Shown here: positions 46,953 to 57,992 of the stretch, piece by piece | Layout: each line of letters begins with the position of its first letter | Position numbering within the stretch: the stretch's first letter is position 1 | Virus record (IMG/VR): IMGVR_UViG_2897059268_000002 | Span: 15,728 to 79,727 of that record | DNA: 64,000 nucleotides | Source: a virus | Lineage: Duplodnaviria > Caudoviricetes | Reading direction: 5' to 3' (one strand) | Position numbers and translations under genes: made by a program | The notes under the pieces: generated by a model | The model's input: only the letters and a program-made list of their open reading frames with translations | The model's database searches: none | Told to the model about the DNA's origin: nothing

Positions 46953-47540
46953 ATGGTCAACATCACCCGCGCCGCTGACCTGGCGCTCGTCGGAGCGAAC
47001 GGCGGCGGGTGGGTGTCGCCGGTCGGTACGGCGGCCCCCGCGTCTCCGCTCGCCCAGCCCGCCGCCCCGTGGGAGCCGCTGGGGGCGATCTCGGATGACG
47101 GTCTGACCTACGGGTTCGACGAGGACTCCCAGACGTTCACCCCGTGGGGTCTGACGTCGCCGTTCCGCACGCAGATCACCCAGTCCATCAGGACGTTCGG
47201 GCTGACGGTGTGGGAGACGAACCGGGTCATCGTTCAGTCCCTCCAGTACCGGCTGGACCCGACGGAGCTGGAGCCGGACGGCGAGGGGCTGACGAAGTAC
47301 GCGGAGACCGCCAGCCCTGTCCCGGACCGGCGGGCGTTCTGGTTCCTCGTGATCGACGGCGACGCCTTCAAGGGCTTCTACGTCCCCCAGGGGGAGATCA
47401 ACGACCGGTCCGATGTGACGTTCAAGCAGGACGAGATGTCCGGCTACGAGTGGACGATCACCACGTACCCCGACGAGGCCGGCAACACGGTCTACCACGT
47501 CGACAAGCTGCCCGTGACACCTGAGTACACGGGCTCCTGA
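46953..47540 (+). CDS. Major tail (tube) protein
   Basis: LGAISDDG...TPWG...WET...YEWTITTYPD. Confidence 0.88.
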   Translation: MVNITRAADLALVGANGGGWVSPVGTAAPASPLAQPAAPWEPLGAISDDGLTYGFDEDSQTFTPWGLTSPFRTQITQSIRTFGLTVWETNRVIVQSLQYRLDPTELEPDGEGLTKYAETASPVPDRRAFWFLVIDGDAFKGFYVPQGEINDRSDVTFKQDEMSGYEWTITTYPDEAGNTVYHVDKLPVTPEYTGS

Positions 47541-47632
47541 GCTGGGTGGGCGGGTCACTTCTGCTGGCGCGGGCCCGGCCCGCCCACCCTTCATTCTTCT
47601 GCCCGCGCCACCATTTGAGGAGGCCCGCGCCC

Positions 47633-48468
47633 ATGGCCGCGAACAGCCGCACCACCCGAAAGACCGCAGCAGCACGGCCCACACGAACTCCCCGCGAGCT
47701 CGCCCCTGACGTCCGCGAACAGGACGACGACGTCACCGCCGCAGAGGCCCAGGAGCTGGAGGCCACCGGCCGTCACATCACCGTCGACCTGTGCGGCGAA
47801 CCGGTCCGGGTCGTCCCTGCCGGCGCCTGGCCGGTGTCGGCGCAACGGAAGCTGCGTGAGGGGGACATTGACGGGTTCATGGCGGCCGTGCTGCACGAGG
47901 ACGACTATGACCTCTACGTGGAGCTGGATCCTGTCCTCGACGAGTTCAACCAGTTCGTCACGGACGCGCAGGAGCTGTCCGGGGAACCGCAGGGAAAATC
48001 GCGTGGACCCGGCGGGTCGTCGAGGCGCACGCGGAGGCGCTAGAAGGCGATCTCGCCTGGTACTGCAACCCCGAGGATCAGATCGATGCTTACTGGCGGG
48101 GAGAGATGTCACCCCGCCGGCTGCGCGTTCTGATTCAGCGTTTGCCACCGGAGTCGGCCACGATGACCGCCCTGCGGAATGCCCTGACTCCGGAGGAGTA
48201 CGAGGAGCAGGCCCGCAACGGGAAGCCCGAAGAGGGGCGCTGGTCCGTACTGGAGCATCTCGTCGCCGGTCTGACGGACGCGGTGCGGGAGCTGCAGTAC
48301 ATCACCGTGGTTGCGAACTCGGACGGCAAGGGCCGTAAGCCGCAGCGCCCGGAGCCGATGCGCCGGCCGGGGGTTGGTGCGGGTGTCCCGAAGAAGCGCC
48401 CGGAGCTGACGGATCAGCACGCGGATTTCCTGTTCAAGATGCTCAACCCGGACGGCGGCGCGGCTTGA
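47633..48468 (+). CDS. Tail assembly chaperones (short form 47633-48043; long form by -1 frameshift to 48468)
   Basis: Slippery G GGA AAA at 47992-47998; the -1 frame is open through ALEGDL...SPRRLRVLIQRLPPESAT. Confidence 0.88.
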
Positions 48469-48487
48469 CGCGCGGGAGGAGGCTCCC

Positions 48488-51400
48488 GTGGCGATCAGCG
48501 TGGGCTCGGTCGAAGTCGACGTCATACCCAACACGCAGGGTATCTACCAGAGGCTCAAGACCGCCCTGGTTCCTGCCGCAACGCGTGCTGGCGAGGACGC
48601 CGGGTCGGCGGCTGGCCGGTCCTTTGGTCCCGCAATGCAGGGGCAGGTCGGAAACGTCGGCCTGTCGATTGGTCAGCAGATCGGCCAGCAGATCGCGCTC
48701 AGTTTGAAGAACGCGATCAAGGGGGCCGTCAAGGACGGCGTCCAAGCGGGCGGCAAGCAGGCCGTCACTTCTGGCGCTAAGGCAGGTTCGGAGACGGGCG
48801 GGGCGTTTGCCCGTGCTGCCCGTGCTCGTATCCAGGCGGCGTTCCGGAGCCTGCCGGACATCACGGTGGGCGCGGACACCTCTGAGGCTGATGCGGACTT
48901 GCAGGCCCTGCGTGTCCGTATGGAGGCGCTGGCCGGCAAGCGTATCGGTGTCGACATCGATGCGGCGGCGGCGCGCGTCGAGATCACGGAGATCGAGGAG
49001 CAGCTGCGTCGTCTCGGGGCTTCGCACCCTGATGTGACGGTGCGGGCCGACACGGCTCGTGCCCGCGCTGAGCTTGCGGCGGTGCGGGAGGAGATCGACC
49101 GGATCTCCGCCACTCCGGGGCGCATCCGTCTGGAGACGGACGGGTCTTTCGGGCAGCGCCTCCGCGCCCAGGTGCAGGCCGCCGAGGCGTCCTTGCCGAA
49201 CATCAATATCGACGCAGACACCTCACCTGCCCAAGCGGAGATCGCATCCCTGCGTGGGCTGCTCACCGCCCTGGGGGATCAGCGGGTCGGCATCGATATC
49301 GACGCGGCCACCGCCCTGGCGAGGGTTTCCGAGATCCAGGCCCGCCTTCAGCGACTGTCTGCCTCCGACGCGGATGTTGCGGTGCGGGTCGACGCGGCCA
49401 GTGCCATGGCCCAGTTGGCTGTGGTGCAGGCGATGGTGACGCGTCTCGACGGCCAGACAGCCCGGGTCAACGTCAACACGACCGGGGCTGTGGGAGCGGT
49501 CCTTCACCTTGCCGTGGCGATCGGTGGCCTGGCCCTGATCCCAGCGATCCCCGTGCTCGCCGCGGGTATCGGTGCGATTGGCTCGGCCGCGGTAGCTGCC
49601 GCTGTCGGTGTCGGTGCCCTGGCTGCGGTGGCTGTCCCGGCGATCATCAGCATTGCGGGGGTTCTCCAGGCGCAGAAAGCCGCCCAGGACGCCGCATCGG
49701 CAGCCACGATCAAGGGTGCTCAGGCGTCCGGTCAGGGCGCTTCGAAGGCCCTGCAGATGGCGGGTGCGCAGCAGGCTCTGGCGTCCGCGCACCGTAACGC
49801 TGCCCGGCAGATCCAGCAGGCCCAGCAGGGTGTTGAGGACGCGGTCCGGTCGGCTTCGGAGGCGAACCGGCGGGCCGCCCAGCAGGTGAAGCAGGCCCAG
49901 CAGTCGCTGGCGGATGCGGTGCAGCAGGCTGCGGACCGGCAGCAGGACTCGGCTGAGTCGGTGGCGCGTGCCGAGGAGGCCCTGGCGGATGCCCAGCGCG
50001 CGTCCCGGCAGGCGCAGCAGGATCTGACGCAGGCCCGCCGGGATGCGGCCGAGCAGCTGGCGGAGCTCGCGGACCGGGTGGCGAATGCCCAGTTGTCGGA
50101 GCGGGACGCGGTCCTCGATGTACAGGAGGCCCGCGCCCGGCTTCAGGCTGTGTCCGCTGTCGGGTCCAAGGCGACGCTGCTGGAGCAGCAGCGCGCCCAG
50201 CTGGCCTACGACCAGGCGACGCAGCGGCTGAAGGAGCAGAAGGCCGAAACGAAGGCCCTGTCCGACGAGAAGAAGAAGGCCGACAAGGCCGGCGTCGAGG
50301 GCTCGGACACGGTCAAGGAAGCCCAGGAACGTATCGCCGCGGCGGAGAAGGCTGTCGCCGACCAGGACAAGGCGCTGGCGAAGGCCCGCGAGGATGCGGC
50401 CCGCCAGAGCATCCGCTCCCAGCAGGACATTGCGGAGGCCCAGGAGAAGGTTGCTGAGTCGCAGCGCACCGTCGCCTCCACGCAGGCGGACGGTGCGCGG
50501 TCGGTCCAGCGCGCCCAGGAGTCGCTGGGCGCCGCACAGCAGTCCGCTGCCGAATCGGTGGCATCGGCACAGCGCCAGGTTGCCTCCGCCGCGCAGTCCG
50601 CGGCCGGGGGTGTGGATCAGGCTGCCCTTGCCCAGGCCAAGTATCAGGAGGAACTGGCGAAGCTGTCGCCGGCTGCCCGGGACACATTCGACGCGTTCAC
50701 ATCGCTGCGAACTGCATTTACGTCGTGGTCGACATCATTGCAGCCGCAGGTCATGCCCCTGTTCACTGATGCACTCAACGGCCTCAAGAACAGCCTGCCG
50801 GGGCTGACCCCGTTCGTGCTCGCCGCGGCGAATGCGATCGGCGGGTTGCAGGACCGAGTCTCGGCCGGGTTCAAGTCCCCGTGGTGGAAGGGCTTCAAGA
50901 AGGATCTGGCGGGCTCGGTCGAGCCCGCGATCACGGGGCTCGGTGTGGCGTTCGGCCGCCTGTTCAGGGGGATGGGCGGGATCGTCCAGGCGTTCTTGCC
51001 GCACATGGGGTCGATCTCGGAGACCTTGCAGGGGATCACCGGCCGGTTCGCGAACTGGGCGACGAATCTGAAGGGGTCACCTGGGTTCGAGCGTTTCCTG
51101 GCGTACTCGGCTGAGATGGCGCCGATCATGGCGTCCGCTTTGCGGGACTTGCTGGGTGCGGCGCTGCAGGTCGCGAAAGCGCTGGCGCCCGCTGCCACGC
51201 TCGTCTACTTGGCGCTTGGTGCGGTGGCCCGTGTGGTCGGGGTGATCGCCGAGCAACTGCCGTGGCTGATCCAGCTGATCTACGCGGTGTGGGTCGCGAC
51301 GAAGCTGTGGACCCTGGCGATGATCGCGTTCAACCTGGTCATGGCCGCCAACCCGATCACGCTGATCATCATCGCGATCGTGGCGCTCGTCGCAGCCGTG

Positions 51401-53287
51401 GTCTATGCGTACAACAACTTCGAGACGTTCCGGAACATCGTCAACGCGGTCTGGGCTGCGATCCAGGTCGCCGCACAGTGGGCGTGGGACAACGTCCTGA
51501 AGCCGGTGTTCACCGCGATCTGGTCGGCGTTGCAGACGGTGGGCCGCTGGGCGTCCTGGCTGTGGACTGAGGTCCTCAGTCCCGTTTTCGGATTCATCGC
51601 GACTGCCGCACAGGTGCTCCTCACTGCCGTCGTTGTGCTGGTGCTGCTTCCGATCATCGCGGCCATCAAGGTGCTTGGTGCCATTGGGAAGTGGCTGTGG
51701 GAGAAGGCGCTGGGCCCGGCTTTCGAGAAGATAGGGCAGGACGCGACCTGGTTGTGGGAAACCGTTCTGTCGCCGGTTTTCAAGTGGATCGGCGAAGCCG
51801 CGAAGTGGCTGTGGACCAGCATGGTCAAGCCTGCCTTCAAGAGCTTCCGGGATGGATTCGCCAGTGTCGGCAGTGACGCGAAGACAGTGTGGGAGGACGT
51901 CCTGTCGCCCGTCTTCGGGTGGATCGGACAGAAGGGCAAGTGGCTGTGGGATGAGGCCCTCAAGCCGCAGTTCGACCTGATCAAGAAGGGCGTCAAGGCG
52001 GTCGGTGACGCGTTCGGCGACGCGAAGGACGCCATCAAGGAGCAGTGGTCCAAGCTCTCCGAGATCGCGAAGAAGCCGGTCACTTTCATCATCGACCAGG
52101 TCTACAACGAGGGCATCCGTGGCGTCTGGAACAAGGTCGCTTCGGCGTTCGGCGCCCCGAAGCTGGAGAAGTTCACCGGCTTCGCCCGAGGCGGCATTTT
52201 GCCGGGCCAGTCGTCCTACAGGCAGGGCGACAGCCATTTGGTACCGATGCGCCTGGGTGAGGGTGTCGCGGTGTCCGAGGCGATGCGCGACCCCTACGAG
52301 CGGGCCCGGCTGCTTGCGGTGAACAAGGCCGCCATGCGCGGCCAGTCGCTGCAACCGTTCCAGCAGGAGGGGTTCGCGAAGGGCGGCATCTTCGACTGGG
52401 TCGGTAAGGCGGCGGGGAAGACCGTCGACCTGGCGAAGGCTGGGGTGTCATGGCTGAAGGACGGGGTCAAGGCGTCCGCACAGGCCGGGCTGGACAAAGT
52501 GGTCAAGCCGCTGCTCAACAGGATCGCCGGGTCGAAGTCTCTGTACCGGGACATGATTTCCGGCATCCCGAAGAGGATGATCAGCTCCATTCTCGACTTC
52601 GGGGGCAAGGCCGACGGCAAACTGGAGGCTGCCGGGATCGGCGGTGGCGGTTTCAAGGCCGGGCTGAAGTGGGCCCGCACCCAGCACGGCAAACCGTACC
52701 AATGGGGCGGCAACGGCAACCCCAGCTGGGACTGCTCCGGCCTGGTGTCAGCGATCGAGTCCGTCATCCGCGGGCAGAAGCCGCACCGCAGGTGGGCCAC
52801 GGGGGCGTTCTCCGGGAAGACCGCCCCTTCCGGGTGGCAGCTCGGCGGCAAGAGCCCCTACATGATCGGCATCACGAACGCGGGCGTCGGCCACACCGCA
52901 GGCACCATCAACGGCGTCAACGTGGAGAGCAGGGGCGGCGACGGCGTCGTCATCGGCTCCCGGGCCCGCTCCTACAAGGACAACCTGTTCACCCACCAGT
53001 ACGCCTACAAGGGCACCTACGACCAAGGAGGCTACCTGCAACCCGGCCTCAACCTCGCCTACAACGGGACCGGCCGGCCCGAGCCCGTCTTCACCACAGC
53101 CCAGGCCAATGCGCTCGGCGCTGCTGCAACACAGCCGGCGGGCGGGTTCGCTCCCGGACAGCCGGTGACTCTGGTGGTGCAGGACGGGCCGACCCTGCAC
53201 GCCTACGTGTCGGACCTTGCCAAGCATGAGGTCGGGGCGAACAACGCCCAGGTACTGACCGCGCTCCGAGCGCGCCCAGGAAGGTGA
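48488..53287 (+). CDS. Tape measure protein with C-terminal NlpC/P60-like domain
   Basis: 1599 aa, Ala/Gln coiled coil, Trp-periodic repeats, YQWGG...WDCSG...GHTAG. Confidence 0.95.
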   Translation: MAISVGSVEVDVIPNTQGIYQRLKTALVPAATRAGEDAGSAAGRSFGPAMQGQVGNVGLSIGQQIGQQIALSLKNAIKGAVKDGVQAGGKQAVTSGAKAGSETGGAFARAARARIQAAFRSLPDITVGADTSEADADLQALRVRMEALAGKRIGVDIDAAAARVEITEIEEQLRRLGASHPDVTVRADTARARAELAAVREEIDRISATPGRIRLETDGSFGQRLRAQVQAAEASLPNINIDADTSPAQAEIASLRGLLTALGDQRVGIDIDAATALARVSEIQARLQRLSASDADVAVRVDAASAMAQLAVVQAMVTRLDGQTARVNVNTTGAVGAVLHLAVAIGGLALIPAIPVLAAGIGAIGSAAVAAAVGVGALAAVAVPAIISIAGVLQAQKAAQDAASAATIKGAQASGQGASKALQMAGAQQALASAHRNAARQIQQAQQGVEDAVRSASEANRRAAQQVKQAQQSLADAVQQAADRQQDSAESVARAEEALADAQRASRQAQQDLTQARRDAAEQLAELADRVANAQLSERDAVLDVQEARARLQAVSAVGSKATLLEQQRAQLAYDQATQRLKEQKAETKALSDEKKKADKAGVEGSDTVKEAQERIAAAEKAVADQDKALAKAREDAARQSIRSQQDIAEAQEKVAESQRTVASTQADGARSVQRAQESLGAAQQSAAESVASAQRQVASAAQSAAGGVDQAALAQAKYQEELAKLSPAARDTFDAFTSLRTAFTSWSTSLQPQVMPLFTDALNGLKNSLPGLTPFVLAAANAIGGLQDRVSAGFKSPWWKGFKKDLAGSVEPAITGLGVAFGRLFRGMGGIVQAFLPHMGSISETLQGITGRFANWATNLKGSPGFERFLAYSAEMAPIMASALRDLLGAALQVAKALAPAATLVYLALGAVARVVGVIAEQLPWLIQLIYAVWVATKLWTLAMIAFNLVMAANPITLIIIAIVALVAAVVYAYNNFETFRNIVNAVWAAIQVAAQWAWDNVLKPVFTAIWSALQTVGRWASWLWTEVLSPVFGFIATAAQVLLTAVVVLVLLPIIAAIKVLGAIGKWLWEKALGPAFEKIGQDATWLWETVLSPVFKWIGEAAKWLWTSMVKPAFKSFRDGFASVGSDAKTVWEDVLSPVFGWIGQKGKWLWDEALKPQFDLIKKGVKAVGDAFGDAKDAIKEQWSKLSEIAKKPVTFIIDQVYNEGIRGVWNKVASAFGAPKLEKFTGFARGGILPGQSSYRQGDSHLVPMRLGEGVAVSEAMRDPYERARLLAVNKAAMRGQSLQPFQQEGFAKGGIFDWVGKAAGKTVDLAKAGVSWLKDGVKASAQAGLDKVVKPLLNRIAGSKSLYRDMISGIPKRMISSILDFGGKADGKLEAAGIGGGGFKAGLKWARTQHGKPYQWGGNGNPSWDCSGLVSAIESVIRGQKPHRRWATGAFSGKTAPSGWQLGGKSPYMIGITNAGVGHTAGTINGVNVESRGGDGVVIGSRARSYKDNLFTHQYAYKGTYDQGGYLQPGLNLAYNGTGRPEPVFTTAQANALGAAATQPAGGFAPGQPVTLVVQDGPTLHAYVSDLAKHEVGANNAQVLTALRARPGR

Positions 53288-53290
53288 CGC

Positions 53291-55534
53291 ATGATTCCCG
53301 GGAACTTCCTGTCCGCGACCACGGAGGCCGTTGACCCGAACACCTCCGGGTGGGCTGCCAAACTGAACTGCACGATCAGCTTGGGAACCGGCGGCCGGAA
53401 CGGCGACGGCACCCTGAAGCTCACCTCGACGGCGTCGGGGGAGATGCAGGCCCGCACGGCGTCGTCCTACGACGTTGTCGTCGGGGTCACCTACGCGGCG
53501 TTCTGTGACGCCTCCGGTACGACGGTGCCGGAGCGGATCGGGATCCGGTGGCTGACCAGCACCGGAACTGAGGTGTCCGTCACGTGGGGGCTGACCACCG
53601 CTACCGCGTCTGCCACATGGCACCGGATCAGTGTGGGCGGGGTAGCCCCGATGGGGGCTGCCCGCGCCCAGGTTCTCGTCTCGGCAAGCCCCGCGGCGGG
53701 AGCGGTGGTCAGCAACTTCGAGAACGTCTACTTCGGCTGGCCACTTCGCTTCGCCGGGAACCTGTTCAGCTTCAACACGGAGCAGGCGGAGATCGACGCC
53801 ACCGGGTGGGCTGTCGAATCCAACGGCACTCTGTCCCGGACTGTGCCGATGTTCTCCTGGCCGGTGGACTGGTACTACTCCGGCGGCCAGGTCACCACTC
53901 TCACGGTCACGGCGAACGGCAACGCATCTGCCCTGTCGGTGGAACGCCCGCCGGTCACCCCGGGCATGGAGTACGTCGGCTACGCCTACCTGAACCCGCC
54001 GACGTCGGGGTCGGCATGCTGGGTGGAGCTGCGGTTCTACGATGCGGGCGGATCCCAGATTCAGGCAACCAGATCGACTCTCGCGGCGCCGAGCACGGGG
54101 ACCTACCGGCAGATCGCATCCGCCGTTGCCCCGGCTGCTGCAGCGACGGCATCCCTGGCATTCGGTATCACCGGGGCGACAGCAGCGCAGATACTGCGAT
54201 CCGAGGGCGCGGTCATCAAGGCCCGCACCGCCACCATTACCAGCGCGGCCCCGAACAGCAACGTCGTCACGTTCGCGGACAGCGAGTTCGAGCAGGGCGT
54301 CGGGCAGTGGACCGTGGCGTCCGGTGTCGCCACCGTCGCCCGGTCGACACCGTGGGCCGCCCAGTCGATCTCCAACGGGTACAGCCTGACGGTGACGTCG
54401 TCGACACCAACAGCGAGTACGGTGCGATCCGGGAAGTACCCGGTGACAGAGCTCCTGCCGTGGCGGCCTTCGGTGGCCCTGAAGCGCGTGGCCGGATCGT
54501 GGACCCTCACGTCCATATCGGTCCGCTGGTTCGACGCAACGGACTCGCTGATCACCACCACGACCAGCTCGGCAGTCGCGATCCCGTCGGACGGGGCCTG
54601 GTGGTCCTACAGCGCAGACACAACTGCCCCGGCCGCGGCAGCGACTGCGCAGATCGACGTGGTCCTCGCCGCTGGGGCAACGTCGTCGACACTGCAAGTG
54701 GATCTGGTGCGGCTCACCCAGGTACTGCCTGCGATCGAGGTGGAATCCGACGACTCCACGGCGAGCATCAGTCTCATCGCGCGGGAGCTCGTCACCTCCC
54801 GGACCATGACCGTGTACCGCATCGGGCCGGACGGTAGCCGCACCGTGGTCCGAGGCAGAGCCGGCCTGCTGGAGAACGTCCCGATAACCGATGAGACGCT
54901 GAGCGTCGAGGACTACGAAGCCCCCCTCGGGGTGCCGGTGTCGTACCGCCTGGAGTTTCTCAACGGCACGACCGGAAAGTACGCGGGGGCCTACACCTCA
55001 CTCCGCGCCACCATCGCAGTGGGCGACCGGAACTACTCGTGGCTGAAGGACCCGGCCCGTCCACAGCTCAACCTGCGCGTTCTGGTGAAACAGGCCCCGG
55101 ACTGGACGCAGCCGATCGAGCAGAACGCCATGCGTATCCGCGGCCGGCAGAACGCTCTGGTGCTGTCTGGGCAGCGGGGAGGCCGCGAAGGCTCGCTGGT
55201 GGTGTGGACGCAAACCGACAGCGAGCGTGAGGCTCTGCGGCGGCTCCTCGCGTCAGGTGCGACGCTGCTGTGGCAGTCGGCGCCGGACGTGGGAGAGCCG
55301 GACGTGTACGTGTCTGTCGGCAGCACAGCGGCACCGCGGGTGAGCTCGTTCGCACCGGAGTCGTGGCGGGAGTGGACGCTCCCGCTGACCGAGCAGGACC
55401 GGCCGACTACCGGTCTGGCCGGTTCGGCGACGTGGACGGTGCAGGACGTCCTGGTGGAAAACGAATCGGTGCTGTCGCTGATCTCCCGGTACGCCACTGT
55501 GCTCGACCTCGCACTGGACCAGCGCAGCAGTTAG
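53291..55534 (+). CDS. Minor tail / distal tail protein with three carbohydrate-binding-like repeats
   Basis: Repeated NL...E....GW...(W/F)xD.....A.AP..AA.A modules; DYEAPLGVPVSY, WLKDP. Confidence 0.8.
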   Translation: MIPGNFLSATTEAVDPNTSGWAAKLNCTISLGTGGRNGDGTLKLTSTASGEMQARTASSYDVVVGVTYAAFCDASGTTVPERIGIRWLTSTGTEVSVTWGLTTATASATWHRISVGGVAPMGAARAQVLVSASPAAGAVVSNFENVYFGWPLRFAGNLFSFNTEQAEIDATGWAVESNGTLSRTVPMFSWPVDWYYSGGQVTTLTVTANGNASALSVERPPVTPGMEYVGYAYLNPPTSGSACWVELRFYDAGGSQIQATRSTLAAPSTGTYRQIASAVAPAAAATASLAFGITGATAAQILRSEGAVIKARTATITSAAPNSNVVTFADSEFEQGVGQWTVASGVATVARSTPWAAQSISNGYSLTVTSSTPTASTVRSGKYPVTELLPWRPSVALKRVAGSWTLTSISVRWFDATDSLITTTTSSAVAIPSDGAWWSYSADTTAPAAAATAQIDVVLAAGATSSTLQVDLVRLTQVLPAIEVESDDSTASISLIARELVTSRTMTVYRIGPDGSRTVVRGRAGLLENVPITDETLSVEDYEAPLGVPVSYRLEFLNGTTGKYAGAYTSLRATIAVGDRNYSWLKDPARPQLNLRVLVKQAPDWTQPIEQNAMRIRGRQNALVLSGQRGGREGSLVVWTQTDSEREALRRLLASGATLLWQSAPDVGEPDVYVSVGSTAAPRVSSFAPESWREWTLPLTEQDRPTTGLAGSATWTVQDVLVENESVLSLISRYATVLDLALDQRSS

Positions 55535-55543
55535 GGGACACCC

Positions 55544-56641
55544 GTGTACGCCGCCCCATCTGCCCGGTTCCTGCCGGCCCTGGCGTTGCCACACACCCCG
55601 TACACGGAGGTGCAGCTCCATGCCGGGGACGGCACTGTGCGACTCCTCGACCATGTGGGGGGCAGCGTCACAGCGAATCGCGGTGCGGCTGTCCGCCGGA
55701 CCTGCCAGGTCACCGTCCCGGATACATCCCTGATCCCGATCCGCCCCGAGGGGCAGATGGTGATCTACGGGGCCCGGCTGCGGATCCTGCGCGGCATCAC
55801 ATTCCCTGACGGCATCACCGAGAAGGTTCCCCTGGGCGAGTTCCGGGTCGACAGCGTGGAGGGCGACCCGGACTACGGGCCGGTCACGATCAACGGGTCG
55901 GGGCTGGAGGCCATCGTGGCCGCCGACGCGTTCCTGTCCCCGCACACCACCCGCGGCGGCACCTCTGCGGTCTCTGCGATCACGAACCTGATCCGGGCCG
56001 CCATCCCGGACGCGGTGATCGTGAACAGTGCGGCCGACGCCACCCTGGGCACCACCACCTGGAACGCGCAAGGTGACCGATGGACGGCAATCAAGGCCTG
56101 CGCCACCGCGATCGGCGCCGAGGTGTACGCGGACGCGGACGGCCAATTCATCATTTCCGAGCTTCCCGACCTGGCCACAGCCCCCATCGCCTGGACAGTC
56201 GATGCAGGCGAGGGCGGCGTGCTGATCGGAGCGAACCGCGGCTACTCCCGCGACGGCATGTACAACCTCGTCGTTGCGTCGGGGGAGAACACCGAGGACA
56301 ACATCCCGCCCGTCTCAGCGACGGCCCTGGACGACGACCCGACGAGCCCCACCTACGTGTACGGGCCTTTCGGGAGAGTGCCCCGCTTCTACTCCAGCAG
56401 CCTCCTCACCAACCCGGGCCAGTGCGCCACCGCCGCTGCGAAGATCCTCCGGGACGCGGTGAAGCCGGCGGCGACGGTAACGATCGAAGCGGCACCGAAT
56501 CCGTGCCTCGAACCCGGCGACGTCCTGCGTGTCACCTATCAGAGCGGGGAGCGGGAACTCCACCAGATCCAGTCCCTCACCATCGATCTCGGGCTCGGGT
56601 CGACAACGTTCGAGACCATCGGCGGCAGGGAGGACTCCTGA
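55544..56641 (+). CDS. Minor tail protein (DUF5047-like tail hub)
   Basis: GGSVT...VRRTC...YNLVVASGE...FGRVPRFYSS...PNPCLEPGDV. Confidence 0.82.
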   Translation: MYAAPSARFLPALALPHTPYTEVQLHAGDGTVRLLDHVGGSVTANRGAAVRRTCQVTVPDTSLIPIRPEGQMVIYGARLRILRGITFPDGITEKVPLGEFRVDSVEGDPDYGPVTINGSGLEAIVAADAFLSPHTTRGGTSAVSAITNLIRAAIPDAVIVNSAADATLGTTTWNAQGDRWTAIKACATAIGAEVYADADGQFIISELPDLATAPIAWTVDAGEGGVLIGANRGYSRDGMYNLVVASGENTEDNIPPVSATALDDDPTSPTYVYGPFGRVPRFYSSSLLTNPGQCATAAAKILRDAVKPAATVTIEAAPNPCLEPGDVLRVTYQSGERELHQIQSLTIDLGLGSTTFETIGGREDS

Positions 56642-57315
56642 TGCCCAACGGCGTGAACGCCACAGCCCTCGATATGGCGGCCGGCCTGGCCGCCTCGGTC
56701 AGCACGGTGGGCGCCGAGGACCCGCATCTTCAGGGCGCGGACTGGCAGACCGCCGTCGTCACCAGCGTGCAGACGGACGGCCTAGTGGGTGTCGGGGCCA
56801 TCCGCGCACGGCGCCTGGACAGCTACCTGAACCCTGCGGTCGGCGATCTCATCGCAATCAGCCAGAACGGGGCCGGTAACTGGATCGCCCTGGGCCGGCT
56901 GGCCCCGACCGTCGACAACGAATGGACGGCGTACACACCGGTCATCACCGGCGGCGGGTCCGCGACGTGGGCCATCCGGGACGGCTGGTACAAGCAGGTG
57001 GGCACCGACGTCCACGTCGAGGCGTACATCACGGCGTCCGCTATCGGGTCGGGAGGCACCGGGATCTCCATCAGCCTTCCGGTCGCCCCGTACCGGGGGG
57101 CGGCATCGGTCCGCCAGTTCTTCGGCGTGTACGCCGGCGGAATCGCCGCAGGCACCAACAGCGCGATCGGCGGGCACTGCGTCGGCCTGATACAGCCGAC
57201 CGAGATCGGCGCCCAACTCGACCAGGTGCGCGGGCCTACCGACATTCAGATCCGAGGCAACAACATCTCGGGGACCAGCACATTCACTATCAACGGCTGG
57301 TATCGCGCCGTATGA
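56641..57315 (+). CDS. Minor tail protein
   Basis: RRLDSYLNPAVGD...WIALGRL; WTAYTP C-terminal domain. Confidence 0.75.
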   Translation: MPNGVNATALDMAAGLAASVSTVGAEDPHLQGADWQTAVVTSVQTDGLVGVGAIRARRLDSYLNPAVGDLIAISQNGAGNWIALGRLAPTVDNEWTAYTPVITGGGSATWAIRDGWYKQVGTDVHVEAYITASAIGSGGTGISISLPVAPYRGAASVRQFFGVYAGGIAAGTNSAIGGHCVGLIQPTEIGAQLDQVRGPTDIQIRGNNISGTSTFTINGWYRAV

Positions 57316-57332
57316 CCGGCTAGGAGGCGCAC

Positions 57333-57935
57333 GTGCCCATCGAAGACAGCTACGCCCAGGGCTTCACGTCGCTGGACTACGGGGAAACCCCGGATCTGAA
57401 GGTGATGGGCGAAGGCCTCCTGAAGATCGTTCGGCAGACGAACCTGACCTACGCGTCCGCTACCGCAAGGAACGCGGCGATCCCTGCCCCGGTGGAGGGG
57501 ATGCGGGCCTGGCTGCGGGACGCCGACGTGGAGACCGTGTACGACGGCTCGTCGTGGACGGTGAAGTCGAAGCTGCTGATGCCGTGGACGTCGCTGTCGA
57601 GCCTCGGGTCCTACGCGTCCGGGTTCTCCGCTGCCTCGCCCACTCCACGGATGCGAAAGGTTCAGGAGTTCGGTTCGGACGTATGGGAGCTGGAGGGGCG
57701 CATCGTCTGCACCCCGGCTCTCACCCCGGCAACCACGACCCTCGGCTTTACGTTCAGCGGCGGCCACAGGGTCGCGAACGGCCGGGGGTACAGCACCTAC
57801 AACTCCTCGCACTACGGCACCCGCACGACGATCGCTGCGGACGGCAAGTTGTCGTTCTCGGTGCCCACTGAGGCGGGGGCTGTGGTGACGAACATCTGGC
57901 TGGACGGGATCCGCATCACGAACCCGGCCGCCTGA
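57333..57935 (+). CDS. Minor tail / receptor-binding-like protein
   Basis: YASATARNAAIPAPVEGM...YDGSSW; ends with WLDGI. Confidence 0.75.
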   Translation: MPIEDSYAQGFTSLDYGETPDLKVMGEGLLKIVRQTNLTYASATARNAAIPAPVEGMRAWLRDADVETVYDGSSWTVKSKLLMPWTSLSSLGSYASGFSAASPTPRMRKVQEFGSDVWELEGRIVCTPALTPATTTLGFTFSGGHRVANGRGYSTYNSSHYGTRTTIAADGKLSFSVPTEAGAVVTNIWLDGIRITNPAA

Positions 57936-57992
57936 CCCCAACTACTTGCCCCGCGCCGACTGGCCCGGGGCACTGTCATGTCTGGAGGCCTG

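Noticed and set aside
47992-47998. Tail chaperone frameshift as a novelty or sequencing error
   Set aside because: Canonical programmed -1 frameshift of siphovirus G/GT chaperones.
52748-54697. Long antisense and alternative-frame ORFs (this 649-aa one, also 1969-3297, 4705-6033, 26402-27838, 30713-31930, 51077-52354)
   Set aside because: Shadow ORFs of real high-GC genes; Arg/Gly/Pro-rich with no motifs.
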